Source of the DNA: Longimicrobiales bacterium
GTDB taxonomy: Bacteria > Gemmatimonadota > Gemmatimonadetes > Longimicrobiales > Gaopeijiaceae
Direction: 5' to 3'
DNA: 64,000 nucleotides
NCBI GenBank assembly: GCA_965248195.1
Contig: CBDFIQ010000001.1
Location: 448,001-512,000 of the forward strand
Both the position numbers and the translations under genes were made by a program. Below the pieces are notes generated by a model. The model saw nothing but the letters and a program-made list of their open reading frames with translations, searched no databases and was not told where the DNA came from. Numbering within the stretch: position 1 is the first letter of the stretch; each line of letters opens with the position of its first letter. Positions 20,788 to 30,462 of this stretch are shown piece after piece.

Positions 20788-21372
20788 TCACATCTTGTAA
20801 CCGCGCTTTAGCATCATCGGCGCATGCTTCGCAAAGAGATCGGCGGGCGGCACCTCGAAGGAGAAGGAATCTGCGAGACGATCGATCAGGTTGAAAGCAA
20901 ACGCCACGCCGATAGCGTCTTTGATGGCAGCATCGGACAGTCCCACTTCCCGCAGCGATTGCGCATCTTCAGTCGACAGCTCCTCGGGCCGCAGGGTCAT
21001 CGTCTCCAGAAACCGGAGCATCTCCTTCATTCTCTTGTCGATGGGGGCTGATTCGAAGTCCTCCAGAATCGCCTCCACTACCTCTTTTCCGAGGGCATGC
21101 GACGCGACCGCGCCGTGAGACCCAGTTCAGAATGGGCATTGATTCTTACGAGATACGAAGGCGGCGAAGAGTTCGCACTCGCCGGCACTCCATTCGCGAC
21201 TCAGGCGCATTACTGAGTGGGTAACCGCGGAGAACGACTTCCCGAAAAACTCAGGACGGTACAGCAAAGTCCGCACTACGTCGGGGATACGCACACGCAT
21301 GATCAGCTGCATCATACGCAGCTGGAGCTTCTGCCGTAGACGATGACCGTTCTCTAGCCGTTTGAGCCTCAC
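20788..21372 (-). CDS. AhpD/CMD-like peroxidase-related protein, putative selenoprotein (CPFU)
   Basis: ORFs 21127-21372 and 20788-21078 are one frame across TGA 21127-29: ELFAAFVSRKNQCPF-U-TGSH; hairpin with GGTC loop downstream. Confidence 0.75.
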
Positions 21373-21713
21373 GGTGTATCTCCTTCCCTCCCGCCGAGTG
21401 TTCCGAGAGCACGTTCCAGCCGCGCCCGAGACGCACCCAGTGCAGCTGCTACGGTCAACTCGAAGATCTGATCCTCCGAATAGCCCGCCGTCTTGAGTAA
21501 CTCGATGTCCTCGTCGGTTGTGCGGTAGGCATGCCGCGCAACCTTTTCTACCCAGTCGGACAGCTCGTCTGGCACCATCTCATCCGTGCCTTGCCGTCCG
21601 CTCAGTGCACCGGCCCGTGCTTCGACCGCACGACACAGCTCCGAAGTAGTCTTCCCCGGTCCAGACAGGACCGTATCGACGAGCCTGGTCAGGTCCTCAC
21701 GATAGCGGACCAT
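21369..21713 (-). CDS. CMD/AhpD-fold partner protein
   Basis: KVARHAYRTTDEDIELLKTAGYSEDQIFELTVAAALGA; RBS AGGAGG; overlaps the downstream start. Confidence 0.75.
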   Translation of the reverse strand: MVRYREDLTRLVDTVLSGPGKTTSELCRAVEARAGALSGRQGTDEMVPDELSDWVEKVARHAYRTTDEDIELLKTAGYSEDQIFELTVAAALGASRARLERALGTLGGREGDTP

Positions 21714-21747
21714 GGTTTACCTCCTGTCACGACGACGGCCGGGGCGT

Positions 21748-21808
21748 TCCCAACATCTCTTCGATTGACCTCCGCCCGCTTTGCGGTGCTCGGTCGTCTA
21801 CGGCACGG
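21748..21808 (-). repeat. Half attC of a second sequence type
   Basis: Minus strand ..GACGACCGAGCACCGCAAAGCGGGCGGAGGTCAATCGAAGAGAT-GTTGGGA; recurs at ~58168-58227. Confidence 0.55.
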
Positions 21809-21929
21809 ACGGGCCGCATAACGTCTCTGCGATTCTGATCTTATAAGGCGAAAGGCTGACCTCACTCGAGCGTGGCGTTACGCTGATCTTGCTCAAAGGC
21901 CTGCGGCACCCAACCCAAGGAGGCCAGCC

Positions 21930-22967
21930 ATGTTTGTCGCAGGAATCGATGCTCACGCAACGTATTCGGTGATCGCCATCGTGAGCAACACAGGTCAGCT
22001 CGTTGCCGGACCCATCCGGATCAAGAACACGCAAGAGGATCGGCTCAATGATCTACTGGAGCAGTATCAGCCCCTGGAGGTGGTCGTCGAGACGAGTCCG
22101 GCCTGGCCGTGGCTCTTCGATCGACTCCAAGAGCGGGGGATCGACTTCGTGCTCGCTCACGCCAAGCGGCTCCGAGTCATCGCCGAGTCCAACTACAAGA
22201 GTGACGACATCGACGCCGAGTTGTTGGCGCGTATGCGACTCGCGGGCCTCATCCCCGAGGTCCATCCGAAGTGCGTCGAGCAGCGGGAGCAGGCGGTACT
22301 GCTACGCAACCGGGCACGACTCGTACGCGAACGCACACGCATGGTGAACCGCATCCATGCCCAGATCCACAACGTCGGGCTTCATCTGGAGCGTGGGCGT
22401 CTGCTCACCCAGGATGGACGCCAGTGGGTGCATGACGTGGCGTGGCCGCTGCTCGGAGCCGAGCGGCGTCTGTTCATCGACATGCAGTGGGAACTCATCG
22501 ACCAGATCGTGCCGATGATCAAAACGCTTGATCGCAGGGTTGAGCACGTAGGCCGCAAGGTCCCCGCTGTAGCTCTGCTCGAGACCATCCCGGGCGTCGG
22601 TTCCTATCGGGCATTGCTCATCGCCACCGAGACGTTGCCCATCAAACGATTTCGTACACCGGGGCACCTGGTCAGCTACGCCGGTCTAGCCCCTCGCTCC
22701 TCACAGTCAGGGCTCCGGCCCATCCGCCACGGATCGATCCCCGCCGGGGCCAACCGTTGGCTGAGGGGCACCTTCGTCCGGACCGTCGTGAGCCACGTCA
22801 CTCACGCGCCCGACAGCTGGCTATCACAGTCGTACGAACTGATCAGGCAACGGCTCGGGTGGCAGGTCGCTCGGGTCGCTACCGCTCGGCGCCTCGCTCG
22901 TGCTGTGCACGCGATGCTCCGTACGGGTGAGGTCTGGCACGATGAACCCGTGGCTCGATCAAACTGA
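21930..22967 (+). CDS. IS110-family recombinase/transposase
   Basis: DEDD residues in GIDAH, VVETS, KSDDIDA; TIPGVG; YAGLAPRSSQSG with the catalytic Ser. Confidence 0.95.
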   Translation: MFVAGIDAHATYSVIAIVSNTGQLVAGPIRIKNTQEDRLNDLLEQYQPLEVVVETSPAWPWLFDRLQERGIDFVLAHAKRLRVIAESNYKSDDIDAELLARMRLAGLIPEVHPKCVEQREQAVLLRNRARLVRERTRMVNRIHAQIHNVGLHLERGRLLTQDGRQWVHDVAWPLLGAERRLFIDMQWELIDQIVPMIKTLDRRVEHVGRKVPAVALLETIPGVGSYRALLIATETLPIKRFRTPGHLVSYAGLAPRSSQSGLRPIRHGSIPAGANRWLRGTFVRTVVSHVTHAPDSWLSQSYELIRQRLGWQVARVATARRLARAVHAMLRTGEVWHDEPVARSN

Positions 22968-23270
22968 GATGACACACGATGATGGACCGTACCACGACAG
23001 GGGTGAGCTCCGCGCGCAGCATGTCGCACGACGACCCTCAGATTCTGATTGAGCCCCCCGCTCGCATAGCAGATCTTCGGACATCCCCGCGCTGGGATGA
23101 AACCTGAATAGATGCCTGAGTTCCTCGTGAGAGGAGACTCACCCAAGATCGGACGCGACGTTGGTACTGAAGGATGAAAAACGGAAGATGATCACGCAGG
23201 CCTTGAGCTACAGACCAGTGGACCGAGCCACCCCTCCGGGACCCCGGACGGGTAAGGGAGGGCTACGCCC
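22968..23270 (+). ncRNA. Putative bridge RNA/seekRNA region of the IS1111-type element (RNA ends unknown)
   Basis: Target guides CGCGCAGCA (23013-21) and GATTCTG (23041-47); donor guides ATAGATG (23108-14) and AAGATCG (23145-51); each pair flanks a hairpin. Confidence 0.75.
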
Positions 23271-23586
23271 TGTTGACTCCCTTCACCTTATAGATGCTGC
23301 GCGGCTAATGTGGTGACCGCAAGCGAAGCGCGCGAGCCTCATGCTTACCGCGACTGCAGCAATCGCTTGTTAGAACGCCGTGCGGGGGCACTCCTGCCTT
23401 ACCCAGATCGGCGGCTAGTCGCAGCGTCTAGAACGCGTTCTGGGTCCACGCGAACGTCGTGGCCCAAACCAAGACTGCCGCGAACATCGCTACGGCCCCG
23501 GCTCCCACCGCAGTCTTCCTGGCCCTGAAGCCGACGACCAGAAAGTGCGATGAGGGCGAAGTTGGCAGATTCCCGGGAAGCGGCGG

Positions 23587-24555
23587 CTAGCCCCCGAGCT
23601 CGTCGAAGATCTGCTCGATCCGGCGGCGCAGGTCAGCGTCGGGAAGATCGCCCCGACCGGCGCCCATGTTGTCGACCATGTGTTCAGGGTCGTCCGTGCC
23701 CGGAATCACGACGGTCACCGCCGGATTCGAGAGGCCGTACTTCAGGCAGAGCTGCGCCCAGCTCGTGGCGCCGATCTCGCTCGCGAAGTCGGGGAGCGGC
23801 CGGTCGCCCGCAAGCGAGAAGACGCCGCCGCGGCGGCCCGCGAAGGGTCTCGCCACCACCACCGCGACGCCGTAATCTGCTGCCAGCGGGAGAATCCTCT
23901 CGGCGGCGGCTCGATCCAGCACCGAGTAGTCGATCTCGATCATGTCGAGGTTCTCCTCCTGAATCAGCCGCTCGAGCTCCGGATACTGCTCGGCGCTCAT
24001 CGTGGTGACGCCGAGGTATCGGATCCGCCCGGCTTCCTTCCACTCTCGCAGGATCGGCAGCAGGATCTCCACGCCGTCGAGAAAGTGGACGCGCATGGCC
24101 GATACGCGCTCGACTCTCAGCGCGGTCATACAAGCCTCGAGCGACGCGACTGCCTCTCCGCGGTTGTCCGGCGTCGGGACCTTCGTCGCGATGAATACGT
24201 CGTCGCGGGCGTCCAGCTCACGGAGAATCTGGCCAATGACCTCCTCGGCCCGCCCGCGGCCGTAGATCCGCGCCGTGTCGATGAAGCGGGCGCCGCTCTC
24301 CTTCATCAACCGAACGATCTCCCGAAGCGGCGCGATCTCCTCCTCGCTCTGCGCCCCCCACTGATTCGTGCCGACTCCAACGACGGGAAGCCGCTCGCCG
24401 GTTCCGGGGATCGGCCGAGTCATGAACTCCTGGATGAGGGTCGGCACCTCGCCGAACAGTGGCGCCCCGCGACCGACAGCCACCCCAGCCCCTGCCAAGA
24501 GTCCCAGCTTGATTGCATCGCGACGCGTCGTGCTCTGTGGGTCGGCGTGATTCAT
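23587..24555 (-). CDS. Aldo/keto reductase with Tat signal
   Basis: TRRDAIK; IDTARIYG, ATK, VIPGT motifs. Confidence 0.9.
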   Translation of the reverse strand: MNHADPQSTTRRDAIKLGLLAGAGVAVGRGAPLFGEVPTLIQEFMTRPIPGTGERLPVVGVGTNQWGAQSEEEIAPLREIVRLMKESGARFIDTARIYGRGRAEEVIGQILRELDARDDVFIATKVPTPDNRGEAVASLEACMTALRVERVSAMRVHFLDGVEILLPILREWKEAGRIRYLGVTTMSAEQYPELERLIQEENLDMIEIDYSVLDRAAAERILPLAADYGVAVVVARPFAGRRGGVFSLAGDRPLPDFASEIGATSWAQLCLKYGLSNPAVTVVIPGTDDPEHMVDNMGAGRGDLPDADLRRRIEQIFDELGG

Positions 24556-24703
24556 ATCATTCCTTCTCGTGTCGGTATCGTCGGCGGCCTCGTAGTCTCG
24601 CTCCTATCGAGACACCCGAGCAGAGGGTGTCGCTGAAGGGCGGCAATCGCTCTCGACTCGTCGATACTCGGATACTCGCCTGCCTTACACTATGCCGCGA
24701 AGC

Positions 24704-25072
24704 CACCTAACTCCTTTTGTTCAACGCTTCCGACTAACCTAGTGCCCAAGGCGTCGGACGCGTTCCGACTGAACAGAATGCGTTGACACGTCGGCTCCGC
24801 GCCAGACCTTGGGTTCGATCCCCGCGGGCAGGACCCAGCCATTGCAGGACCGATCTCGTGGCGGGCGCTGCGGTCCGTACTATTTCTTGGGCTGGATCGT
24901 TGCGGACCGGATGCTGTGATCGGCTCTCTTGAATGGGACGGTCCGCTCCCAGGGACGATATCTGCTCGAAAGATCGGGTTCTTCTGGGTTTCTGAAAGGT
25001 TGGGGAGCCTTTCTCCCGTAGTGGTGGGTCCTCGGTACGGGAGAGATCTCGAAGGCGCCCTTACGCGATTCC
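24704..25072 (-). other. attI-like platform repeat, copy 1
   Basis: Diverged repeat of 32804-33040; homology ends at minus-strand AACAAAAGGA-GTTAGGT. Confidence 0.5.
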
Positions 25073-25204
25073 TCGGAGAGCGAAAGAGTCGGCCCGAAGA
25101 GAGGCGTGGGCGCGAGGAGAAGCTCCTCTCCAAGGTGCGTCGGGCAAAGTTGTCTTCCAGCCGGCTTCGCAGTACCATGAGCTACTGAGCCTCAGCAGGG
25201 AGCG

Positions 25205-25933
25205 GTGCCCATGTCCGAGAGGAACCCCTTCGACGTCGGTCTCGCAGGATCGAGCGCGAGCCCGTCCCCCCTCCACCCCACGAAGTCGGAGATCCCGACG
25301 TGCGCTGACCCCTCCCTCGGCGGTTCGCCGTTCGAGTGGCTAGAGGGCCGCACGCGTTGGTCCCGGAGAGACTTCATCAAGGGCGTCATCGCCTCGGGGG
25401 TGGCAGTATCGGGAGTGCCATACCTGGCCTCCGCCGCTTCCAGGCCGACTCTTCAGGCCGGTGCGGTAGAGCGCCTGATCTCGTTGAACGTCAACGGGCA
25501 GACTCGCCGCGTCGATGTTCTCCCCAACGAGACCCTCGCGATGACCCTGCGCTACAAGCTCGGGCTCACGGGTACCAAGCTCGGCTGCGACCGTGCGGAG
25601 TGCGGGGCCTGCACCGTCTTGATCGACGACGTGACGCACTACTCGTGCTCCACGCTGACTCAGCGCGTTCGCGGGAAAGAGATCACGACGGTCGAGGGGC
25701 TGGAGAGTTCGACCGGCGAGCTCCACCCGGTGCAACAGGCTTTCATGGACGAATTGGGCCCGCAGTGCGGCTTTTGCACGCCGGGCCAGGTGATGGCGGC
25801 CGTGGGTCTCCTGACGGCGAACCCGAATCCGACCCGGGAGGAGGCGCGCCAGGCGATGTCGGGTAATGTGTGCCGGTGCGGGGCCTACGACCATTATCTG
25901 AACGGAATCATGCGCGCAGCGGGGGAGGTCTGA
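25205..25933 (+). CDS. (2Fe-2S) subunit of xanthine dehydrogenase-family oxidoreductase (PaoA/YagT-like), Tat motif
   Basis: SRRDFIK; GCDRAECGACT, QCGFCTPG, CRC. Confidence 0.9.
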   Translation: MPMSERNPFDVGLAGSSASPSPLHPTKSEIPTCADPSLGGSPFEWLEGRTRWSRRDFIKGVIASGVAVSGVPYLASAASRPTLQAGAVERLISLNVNGQTRRVDVLPNETLAMTLRYKLGLTGTKLGCDRAECGACTVLIDDVTHYSCSTLTQRVRGKEITTVEGLESSTGELHPVQQAFMDELGPQCGFCTPGQVMAAVGLLTANPNPTREEARQAMSGNVCRCGAYDHYLNGIMRAAGEV

Positions 25934-25934
25934 C

Positions 25935-28361
25935 ATGGACCACTTGATTGGTCGAGATTTCACGCCACCGGATCTTCACGCCAAGGTGACCGGGCGAGCG
26001 AAATATGCCGAGGACTTTCGCGCGGACGGCATGTTGTTCTGCCGCCTGCTGACCAGCCCCATGCCGCACGCTCGTGTTGTGAGCATCGACGCGTCAAGGG
26101 CTCTCGCCATGGAAGGCGTCGTCGCGATTCTGACCGCCGACGAGCTGCCCGAAGTGACGGCGCCGGGCAATACGAGCCTCACGAACGAGCCGCTGTACGT
26201 GGGCGCGCCGATCCTCGCGGTGGCTGCGACGGACGAGACGACGGCCCAGAACGCCATCGCGGCCATCAATCTGGATCTGGAACCGCTTCCGTTCTGCGTG
26301 GACCCGCTCGAGAGCCTGCGTCCGGACGGCCCGAACGCCAGGACCACGGGAAATATGCCGCAGGCGCGCGAGACCGTGGCGGAGGTCAACACGAGCGAGG
26401 GTGTGGGGGAGATCAAGTGGACCGCAGAAGACTTCGCGGCCGCAGGTGAGGGCCAGATGCCCATGGGCCGGCCCATGACGGATTGGTCATACGGCGACGT
26501 CGAGGCGGGTTTCGCGAACGCCGCTCTCGTGCTCGACGAGTCCTTCATCACCGCGGGCACGTCGCATAACTCGATGGAGCCACGTACCGCCATGGCGTAC
26601 TGGCAGAACGGGAAGTGTTACCTGTACGGCTCGACCCAGAGCCAGAGCAACGTGGTTCCGCGTCTGGCCGCCCTCCTCGAGATCGAGCCGGAGGACCTCG
26701 TCTATGTCTCGGAGTTCTGTGGTGGTGGGTTCGGGTCGAAGGCGCCCGCCTACCCCGTTATAGCCATTCCGGCCTACATGGCGAAGAAGACCGGCCGGCC
26801 CGTGCTGATGCGTATCAGCCGAGCCGAGGAGAACTTCATCGGTGTATGCCGACCCGCTTTCCAGGGTCGCCTCAAGATCGGGTTCCAGCCCGACGGGCGT
26901 ATCACGGCAGCCGATCTGTACATCGTCCAGAACAACGGACCCAACTCCGGTGGGGGTGACTATAACTCCGCCGGAGGCGCGATGTCCATCGTCTACACGC
27001 CGCTCGCCATGCGCTTCCGAGGGGTTCCCGTCCTGACCAACACACCACCCACGGGGGCCCAGAGGGGGCCGGGGCAGAACCAACTGGCCTGCGCTGTCGA
27101 ACCGATTCTCGACAAGGCGGCCCGCCAGCTGGGTCTCGACCTTGTAGCGATTCGCCGGATCAATGCCCCGGACAACAGTGCCAGGTACGGTGCTGACCAG
27201 GGTCCGGTCACAAGCGCATTTCAACGTGAGGCGCTCGACCTTGGGGCGGAGCAGTTCGACTGGGAAGCCAGGCGTGCGCGCAGTGGACAGCGGCGTGGCT
27301 CGAAGGTCACCGGCGTCGCGGTCGGCCAGGCGTACCACGCGGCCGGGAATAACGGATTCGACGGGCTCTTGCGCATCGCACCGGACGGAAAGTTGTACAT
27401 CCACACCGGCGTGGGGAACCTGGGTACGTATTCGTACGCCAACACGTCCCGGGTCGCGGCGGAGGTGCTCGGTTACGACTGGGAGAACGTTGAGATCGTC
27501 CGCGGTAACTCCAGCCGAAATCTTCCCTGGAGTCCGAATCAGGGCGGGAGCAACACATCCTTCACGGAGTCCCGCGCCAATTACGCCTCAGGCATGGACG
27601 CTGTCCAAAAGCTCAAAGAGCTCGCGGCGCGCGACCTCGGGGGCTCGCCCGGAGACTACGATATCGCAAACGAAGCGGTCTTCGCGAGAGCCAATCCGTC
27701 GCGGCGCCTTACCTACGCAGCCGCAGCTCAGAGGGCCATCCAACTCGGGGGACGGTTCAGCGGCGAAGAGGTGCCCGACGACATCAACGAGATGACGGCG
27801 CGCGCCGTGGAGGGGATCGCCGGTACAGGCTTGATCGGAGTGGCAAGGGACAACCTTCCGCGCAACGGGACCGTTCCCGCCCTGGCAACCGGATTCATCG
27901 AGATCGAGTTGGACGTGGAGACCGGCCAATTCGAGATCATCGACTACCTGGGCGTCGCAGACTGCGGAACGGTTATGCATCCCATGGGACTGTCGGGGCA
28001 GATCAAGGGTGGGGCCGTGATGGGCTTCGGGATGGCGGCCCTCGAGCGCCATATCTACGACACTCACTACGGTCTGCCGGGGACCGTCGGATTTCACCAG
28101 ATCAAGCCCCCGACGTATCTGGACGTTCCTGTCGAAATGGGGTGGGCCGCCGTCAACATAGCCGATCCCCAGAACCCGGTGGGGTCGAAGGGAATCGGTG
28201 AGCCGACCATGGGATGTGCGGCAGCCGCGCTGTTGTGCGCGATCTCCGACGCCCTGGACGGCCACTACTTCAATCGAACACCGATCGTGCCGGACATGAT
28301 CGTAAATGCCGCCTCGGGGCAGGCACAATCTCACAGTCCGCTTCAGGTTAACACAGCATGA
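25935..28361 (+). CDS. Molybdopterin-binding subunit, xanthine dehydrogenase family
   Basis: KVTGRAKYAED, GGGFGSK, KGIGEP. Confidence 0.92.
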   Translation: MDHLIGRDFTPPDLHAKVTGRAKYAEDFRADGMLFCRLLTSPMPHARVVSIDASRALAMEGVVAILTADELPEVTAPGNTSLTNEPLYVGAPILAVAATDETTAQNAIAAINLDLEPLPFCVDPLESLRPDGPNARTTGNMPQARETVAEVNTSEGVGEIKWTAEDFAAAGEGQMPMGRPMTDWSYGDVEAGFANAALVLDESFITAGTSHNSMEPRTAMAYWQNGKCYLYGSTQSQSNVVPRLAALLEIEPEDLVYVSEFCGGGFGSKAPAYPVIAIPAYMAKKTGRPVLMRISRAEENFIGVCRPAFQGRLKIGFQPDGRITAADLYIVQNNGPNSGGGDYNSAGGAMSIVYTPLAMRFRGVPVLTNTPPTGAQRGPGQNQLACAVEPILDKAARQLGLDLVAIRRINAPDNSARYGADQGPVTSAFQREALDLGAEQFDWEARRARSGQRRGSKVTGVAVGQAYHAAGNNGFDGLLRIAPDGKLYIHTGVGNLGTYSYANTSRVAAEVLGYDWENVEIVRGNSSRNLPWSPNQGGSNTSFTESRANYASGMDAVQKLKELAARDLGGSPGDYDIANEAVFARANPSRRLTYAAAAQRAIQLGGRFSGEEVPDDINEMTARAVEGIAGTGLIGVARDNLPRNGTVPALATGFIEIELDVETGQFEIIDYLGVADCGTVMHPMGLSGQIKGGAVMGFGMAALERHIYDTHYGLPGTVGFHQIKPPTYLDVPVEMGWAAVNIADPQNPVGSKGIGEPTMGCAAAALLCAISDALDGHYFNRTPIVPDMIVNAASGQAQSHSPLQVNTA

Positions 28362-28389
28362 GGGAGCAGCCCCATGAGTGAGAACCCGC

Positions 28390-28457
28390 TGACAGGCACC
28401 CAATGACAGGCACCCAATGACAGGCACCCAATGACAGGCACCCAATGACAGGCACCC
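28390..28457. repeat. 14-bp tandem repeat (TGACAGGCACCCAA, ~4.9 units)
   Basis: Four full units plus 12 bp, between the Mo and FAD subunit genes. Confidence 0.95.
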
Positions 28458-28479
28458 GCATGTTGAAGGAGAGCCACGC

Positions 28480-29469
28480 ATGCTGAACGACATGATGTCG
28501 CATTTCGAGCTTTTTCAACCCGTAGATGTGGACAATGCGTTCGATCTCCTGGATCGTTATGGGGAGGAGTGCTGGACCATCGCCGGGGGGCACGACAGCC
28601 TAGGCTGGTTCAAGGATCGGGGGAAACAGCCTACGGCCGTGATCGACCTCGCTGGGATCTCCGAGCTTCATGGGATCCGTGAGACCGCTGAAGGACTCGA
28701 GCTCGGAGCGATGACTACCCTCACCGAAATTGAGCGCCATCCGGTCATCCAGGAGAGGTTCGGGTTGCTCGCGGAGGCGGCTCTCATGGTCGCGAGCCCC
28801 CAGATCCGTAACTCGGGCACCCTGGGCGGCAACGTGCTACAGGACACCCGATGCTGGTATTACCGCTTCGGGCTCGCATGTTACAGGGCCGGTGGAAACA
28901 CGTGCTACGCGAGCGCCCCGGAGGCCATGAATCGGGAGCATGCCATCTTCGGAGCCAACCGGTGCGTGGCCGTAACTCCGTCCGATCCCGGACCCGCGCT
29001 GGTGGCGCTCGAAGCGGAGATGGTGATTCGCAACTCCCGTGGCGAGCGGGTGGTGTCTGCGGAGGACTTCTTCATGACGCCCGCCGTCGACATCCAACGC
29101 ATGACGGTCCTCGAGCCCGAGGATCTGCTGACGACCATCCGTATTCCCAACACCTGGGCTGGAGCCAACTTCTACTTCGAGAAGGTGGCGGACCGGGGTG
29201 CCTGGGACTTCCCGCTCGTGAACGTAGCCGCTGCGCTCCGGCTCGAGGGGGGCCGAATCGCCGACGCCCGCATCGTCGTGGGTGCCGTCGAGTGCATCCC
29301 TCGGCGCCTGACGGACGTCGAAGACCTCGTGAGAGGCCGCGTCCAGAACGAGGAAACCGCTGCCATGGCGGGCGCAGAAGCCGTAGCCGGAGCGGAGCCC
29401 TTGCGGTACAACCACTTCAAGGTGCCGCTCATGGAGAACCTCGTGAAGAGGGCCGTGCGCGACGCCTGA
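28480..29469 (+). CDS. FAD-binding subunit (PaoB/YagS-like)
   Basis: IAGG, ASPQIRNSGTLGGN, RCWYYR....CY..GG..C, YNHFKVPL. Confidence 0.92.
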   Translation: MLNDMMSHFELFQPVDVDNAFDLLDRYGEECWTIAGGHDSLGWFKDRGKQPTAVIDLAGISELHGIRETAEGLELGAMTTLTEIERHPVIQERFGLLAEAALMVASPQIRNSGTLGGNVLQDTRCWYYRFGLACYRAGGNTCYASAPEAMNREHAIFGANRCVAVTPSDPGPALVALEAEMVIRNSRGERVVSAEDFFMTPAVDIQRMTVLEPEDLLTTIRIPNTWAGANFYFEKVADRGAWDFPLVNVAAALRLEGGRIADARIVVGAVECIPRRLTDVEDLVRGRVQNEETAAMAGAEAVAGAEPLRYNHFKVPLMENLVKRAVRDA

Positions 29470-29717
29470 GGCCTAGGCCGAGGACTCCAGCCAGCTCGTC
29501 TCAGCCCCTGTGTTGATCGCGAGGTGTTCGCCCGCCCTCCCCGGGGGCGGCGCCGTGCCAGTGCTCCTCGTCGGGGTCGATCACAACCACTCGAACTGAC
29601 CCACTACCGGAGCCTAGCTCAAGATTCTAGCAGCGGGAGGGCCGCCATGCCGAGTTTCTTGGAGATCGGGAGGAAACCCGTCCTTCTTCCTAGATCGTTC
29701 TGGGCGCCTCGCGGCCA

Positions 29718-29975
29718 ACGTCGTGGAGCCACGTCGTGGACCCCCCCAAACAAGGAAACTCCCCCACAGCATCCAAAGCCCTGGGGGAGTAGACCTTATC
29801 CCTAGTCGGGACGGCCGGATTCGAACCGGCGACCCCCTGAACCCCATTACCAACACCTTATACGCTATATCACGGGAGATGCCCGGTTTCATTCGGGTTT
29901 CGGGGAAAGTTTCCCGGAGTCGGAATCCTGAATTCCATGGATCCAGGGGGGTTACGTCGTGGAGAACGTATTGGA
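29718..29975 (-). other. Integrative-element att junction 2: tRNA-Pro(GGG) 3' half (29805-29847) with arm repeats
   Basis: Minus strand ATGGGGTTCAGGGGGTCGCCGGTTCGAATCCGGCCGTCCCGAC; ACGTCGTGGA at 29718, 29731, 29954 and ACGTATTGGA at 29966; no tRNA 5' half. Confidence 0.75.
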
Positions 29976-30011
29976 GGGGGGCTCTTCAGCGGACTCGATC
30001 ACCTATGCCCG

Positions 30012-30081
30012 TAGTGCGCTCCGCTCGCATAGCGTGCGAGCCTGATGGTCTCCGCGAGAGCAGCAGATACGCGGGTTAGCT
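30012..30081 (-). repeat. attC, R'' half only
   Basis: ..CGAGCCTGATG..CCGCGA..GCAGCAG..GTTAGCTGGCG; the end is complementary to the cassette start at 32800-32810. Confidence 0.7.
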
Positions 30082-30462
30082 GGCGTCGGCCGCTGTCCTA
30101 TCTTGTACTCCGCCACGGAACGGCATCCAAGGCGTTGTCACTTGCTGGCGCCGGGGAATCGCAGCGGTGATGGCCCAGAACTTGATACGGGCTACATGGT
30201 TCTCATCCTCGTAGACGCCTCGAACCGTTCGTCCCCCCGTGATCTCGTTCTGCTGTTTGTCGCTGACAAACCCTAATTCCTTATGCTCTCCAGGGTTGAG
30301 CATCAGTCCCACAGGCTCGTTTCGGGTAGACGTAATTTCACCGGATTCGTCCAGCCCCTCCAGCACCATCGTTGCGGGCATTTTCTGGACGAGCCTCAAT
30401 CCTCTCTTTCGTCTGATCTCGACGGAACCTGTCAACGACAATGGGACACTCTACGGGATTAA

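Larger units (their letters stand above)
21838..23294 (+). mobile_element. IS110-family (IS1111-type) element, copy 1 (1457 bp plus TG core)
   Basis: Subterminal IRs TATAAGGCGAAAGG / CCCTTCACCTTATA; TG at both junctions; long 3' non-coding region. Confidence 0.95.
21816..23375 (-). repeat. attC site interrupted by IS110 copy 1
   Basis: GCATAAC..GCGATTC|TG|CTGCGCG..AATCGCTT-GTTAGAA reassembles to an attC of the ~101-bp type. Confidence 0.85.

Noticed and set aside
28390..28457. Mini-CRISPR or iterons
   Set aside because: The units are contiguous with no spacers, and there is no rep gene nearby.
29805..29847. Functional tRNA-Pro gene
   Set aside because: Only the anticodon loop to the 3' end is present; the D arm and 5' acceptor strand are missing. 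The same applies at 14413-14450.
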